Below are positions 62,940 to 64,000 of a stretch of 64,000 bases of DNA, piece by piece (position 1 is the stretch's first letter; every line of letters begins with the position of its first letter). The translations under genes were made by a program, and so were the position numbers. Origin of the DNA: Fistulifera solaris. Its lineage: Eukaryota. The stretch spans positions 310,001-374,000 of the forward strand of contig AP026145.1 in NCBI GenBank assembly GCA_030295235.1, in the 5' to 3' direction. The notes under the pieces were generated by a model. The model was given only the letters and a program-made list of their open reading frames with translations. It made no database searches and was not told the origin of the DNA.

Positions 62940-63762
62940 ATGGTGATTATATCTTCCAATACTATAAATAATGCGAACGCCATGTGTAGTACGGAAAACA
63001 TCGATTTCGATTGCGAGAAACTAATTCATGTGTTTGCACCACTCAATCGAGGAGAAATCAGCCCACCCCATAAACGCGGCAAGGTGCGCTTTCGATCGAA
63101 TGAAGCGGACATTGTCGGAACTGTACCCTTACGCAAGGATATCACGGAAGACGAAAAACGACAAATTTGGTGGACGGCGGCCGAGTATCACGGAATACGA
63201 TTGGGAGCCAAGTTTATTACGAAAGACTTGCGCCAGCGAGAAAAGTCCCTCGTCCGGGGAATTGAAGAAGCGTACGCTCGAGCGTTGCATTTGGCGTGTA
63301 CTCTCTCCGATGGCGAGTACGAGGGACTCATGAGGAATTGTGCGTCGCAAGCGCTTTGTATGAAATCATGGTGTGCTCGAGAGTTGTCGGCGAGAGGCCT
63401 GGAATGTTATACGTCTCACAAACATCGATACGAACGAGCGGAATTCGCCGAGGAGACCCGAGTTGCTGTGCTGAAATTGGCAAGGACCAAAACAGCTACC
63501 GAAGATCAACTTTCTGTCTTTTTACAAAGAGTATGCCCGTTCGGCGGCTATTTTTGCTCGATTCTGTGGCGAAGTCGATTCGCAAGTCAGCTCGAATCAT
63601 CGTCACCCTGAGACGAGCAGGAAAGAGTCTCCTGCTGTGGGCAACAGTGAGACTATTCAGAAACCGCCAAGCCCTCCGAATAGTCAAGAATCACTGGAAC
63701 ATGTTCTCAAAACACCGTCGCAAGGAAGGTTGATGGTTCAGCAATTAACGCAACGAGATTAA
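62940..63762 (+). CDS. Hypothetical protein of the diatom-type VRF...WW...RGLE family
   Basis: KVRF, ITEDEKRQIWWTAAEY, RGIE and ARGLE. An indel near 63520 continues into YKEYARSAAIFARFCGEVD. The 3' end is uncertain. Confidence 0.65.
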
Positions 63763-64000
63763 ACTACACCGACTTGCAGGGGAGCCCTTTCGTCAAACTT
63801 ATTGCAAGTTCGAATGCAAGTTCGAATGCAAGCTCTCTTACAACTCTCTTCGATCAGTTTTGTTCCCAACATTCTATTCAATCGGTAACAGTCGCAGCTA
63901 TCATCTTACAATCACATGGAAACACCGAAAAACATTCTAATCACCCTGAGTAGAATGATCGTTTCATTCAGCTATAAATTATATTTAAATTTTAAAACAG

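Noticed and set aside
4500..63530. About 25 frameshifts in conserved genes as pseudogenisation or programmed frameshifting
   Set aside because: They are single-base indels, mostly in homopolymer runs, and hit essential genes (GCP3, CDC40, TRM5, DBP3) whose motifs are otherwise intact and lack in-frame stops. This fits long-read consensus error, and short-read polishing would test it.

Overview
Gene-dense eukaryotic DNA, most likely from a pennate diatom: short GT-AG introns, bipartite plastid-targeting leaders, silicanin-like genes and diatom-type hypothetical families. About 30 protein-coding genes can be supported, including Pam16, an N-acylated CaMK, an AEC/PILS-type carrier, a very large formin, USB1, Vps72/YL1, an SPX protein, DBP3, GCP3, a parvulin-MiaB fusion, a SHAQK-type Myb, ChlM, a mitochondrial carrier, RRP8, CDC40, a thioredoxin-like protein, TRM5, two silicanin-like genes and an EEP nuclease. 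Many genes carry 1-nt frameshifts, mostly in homopolymer runs, which look like long-read consensus errors. The most striking non-coding signal is two ~1.1-1.3 kb arrays (about 25.2-26.3 kb and 42.8-44.0 kb). Both are built from one ~52-bp monomer carrying the dyad CCAGAA-A-TTCTGG. One is a 204-bp higher-order tetramer and the other is monomeric, and each lies between divergently oriented ORFs. Unusual proteins include a plastid-targeted FtsZ-C-terminal-domain-only protein, an FH1-less formin with helical repeats and WH2-like motifs, and a CudA/STAT-like putative transcription factor. All family assignments come from motif recognition by eye; no database search was run.
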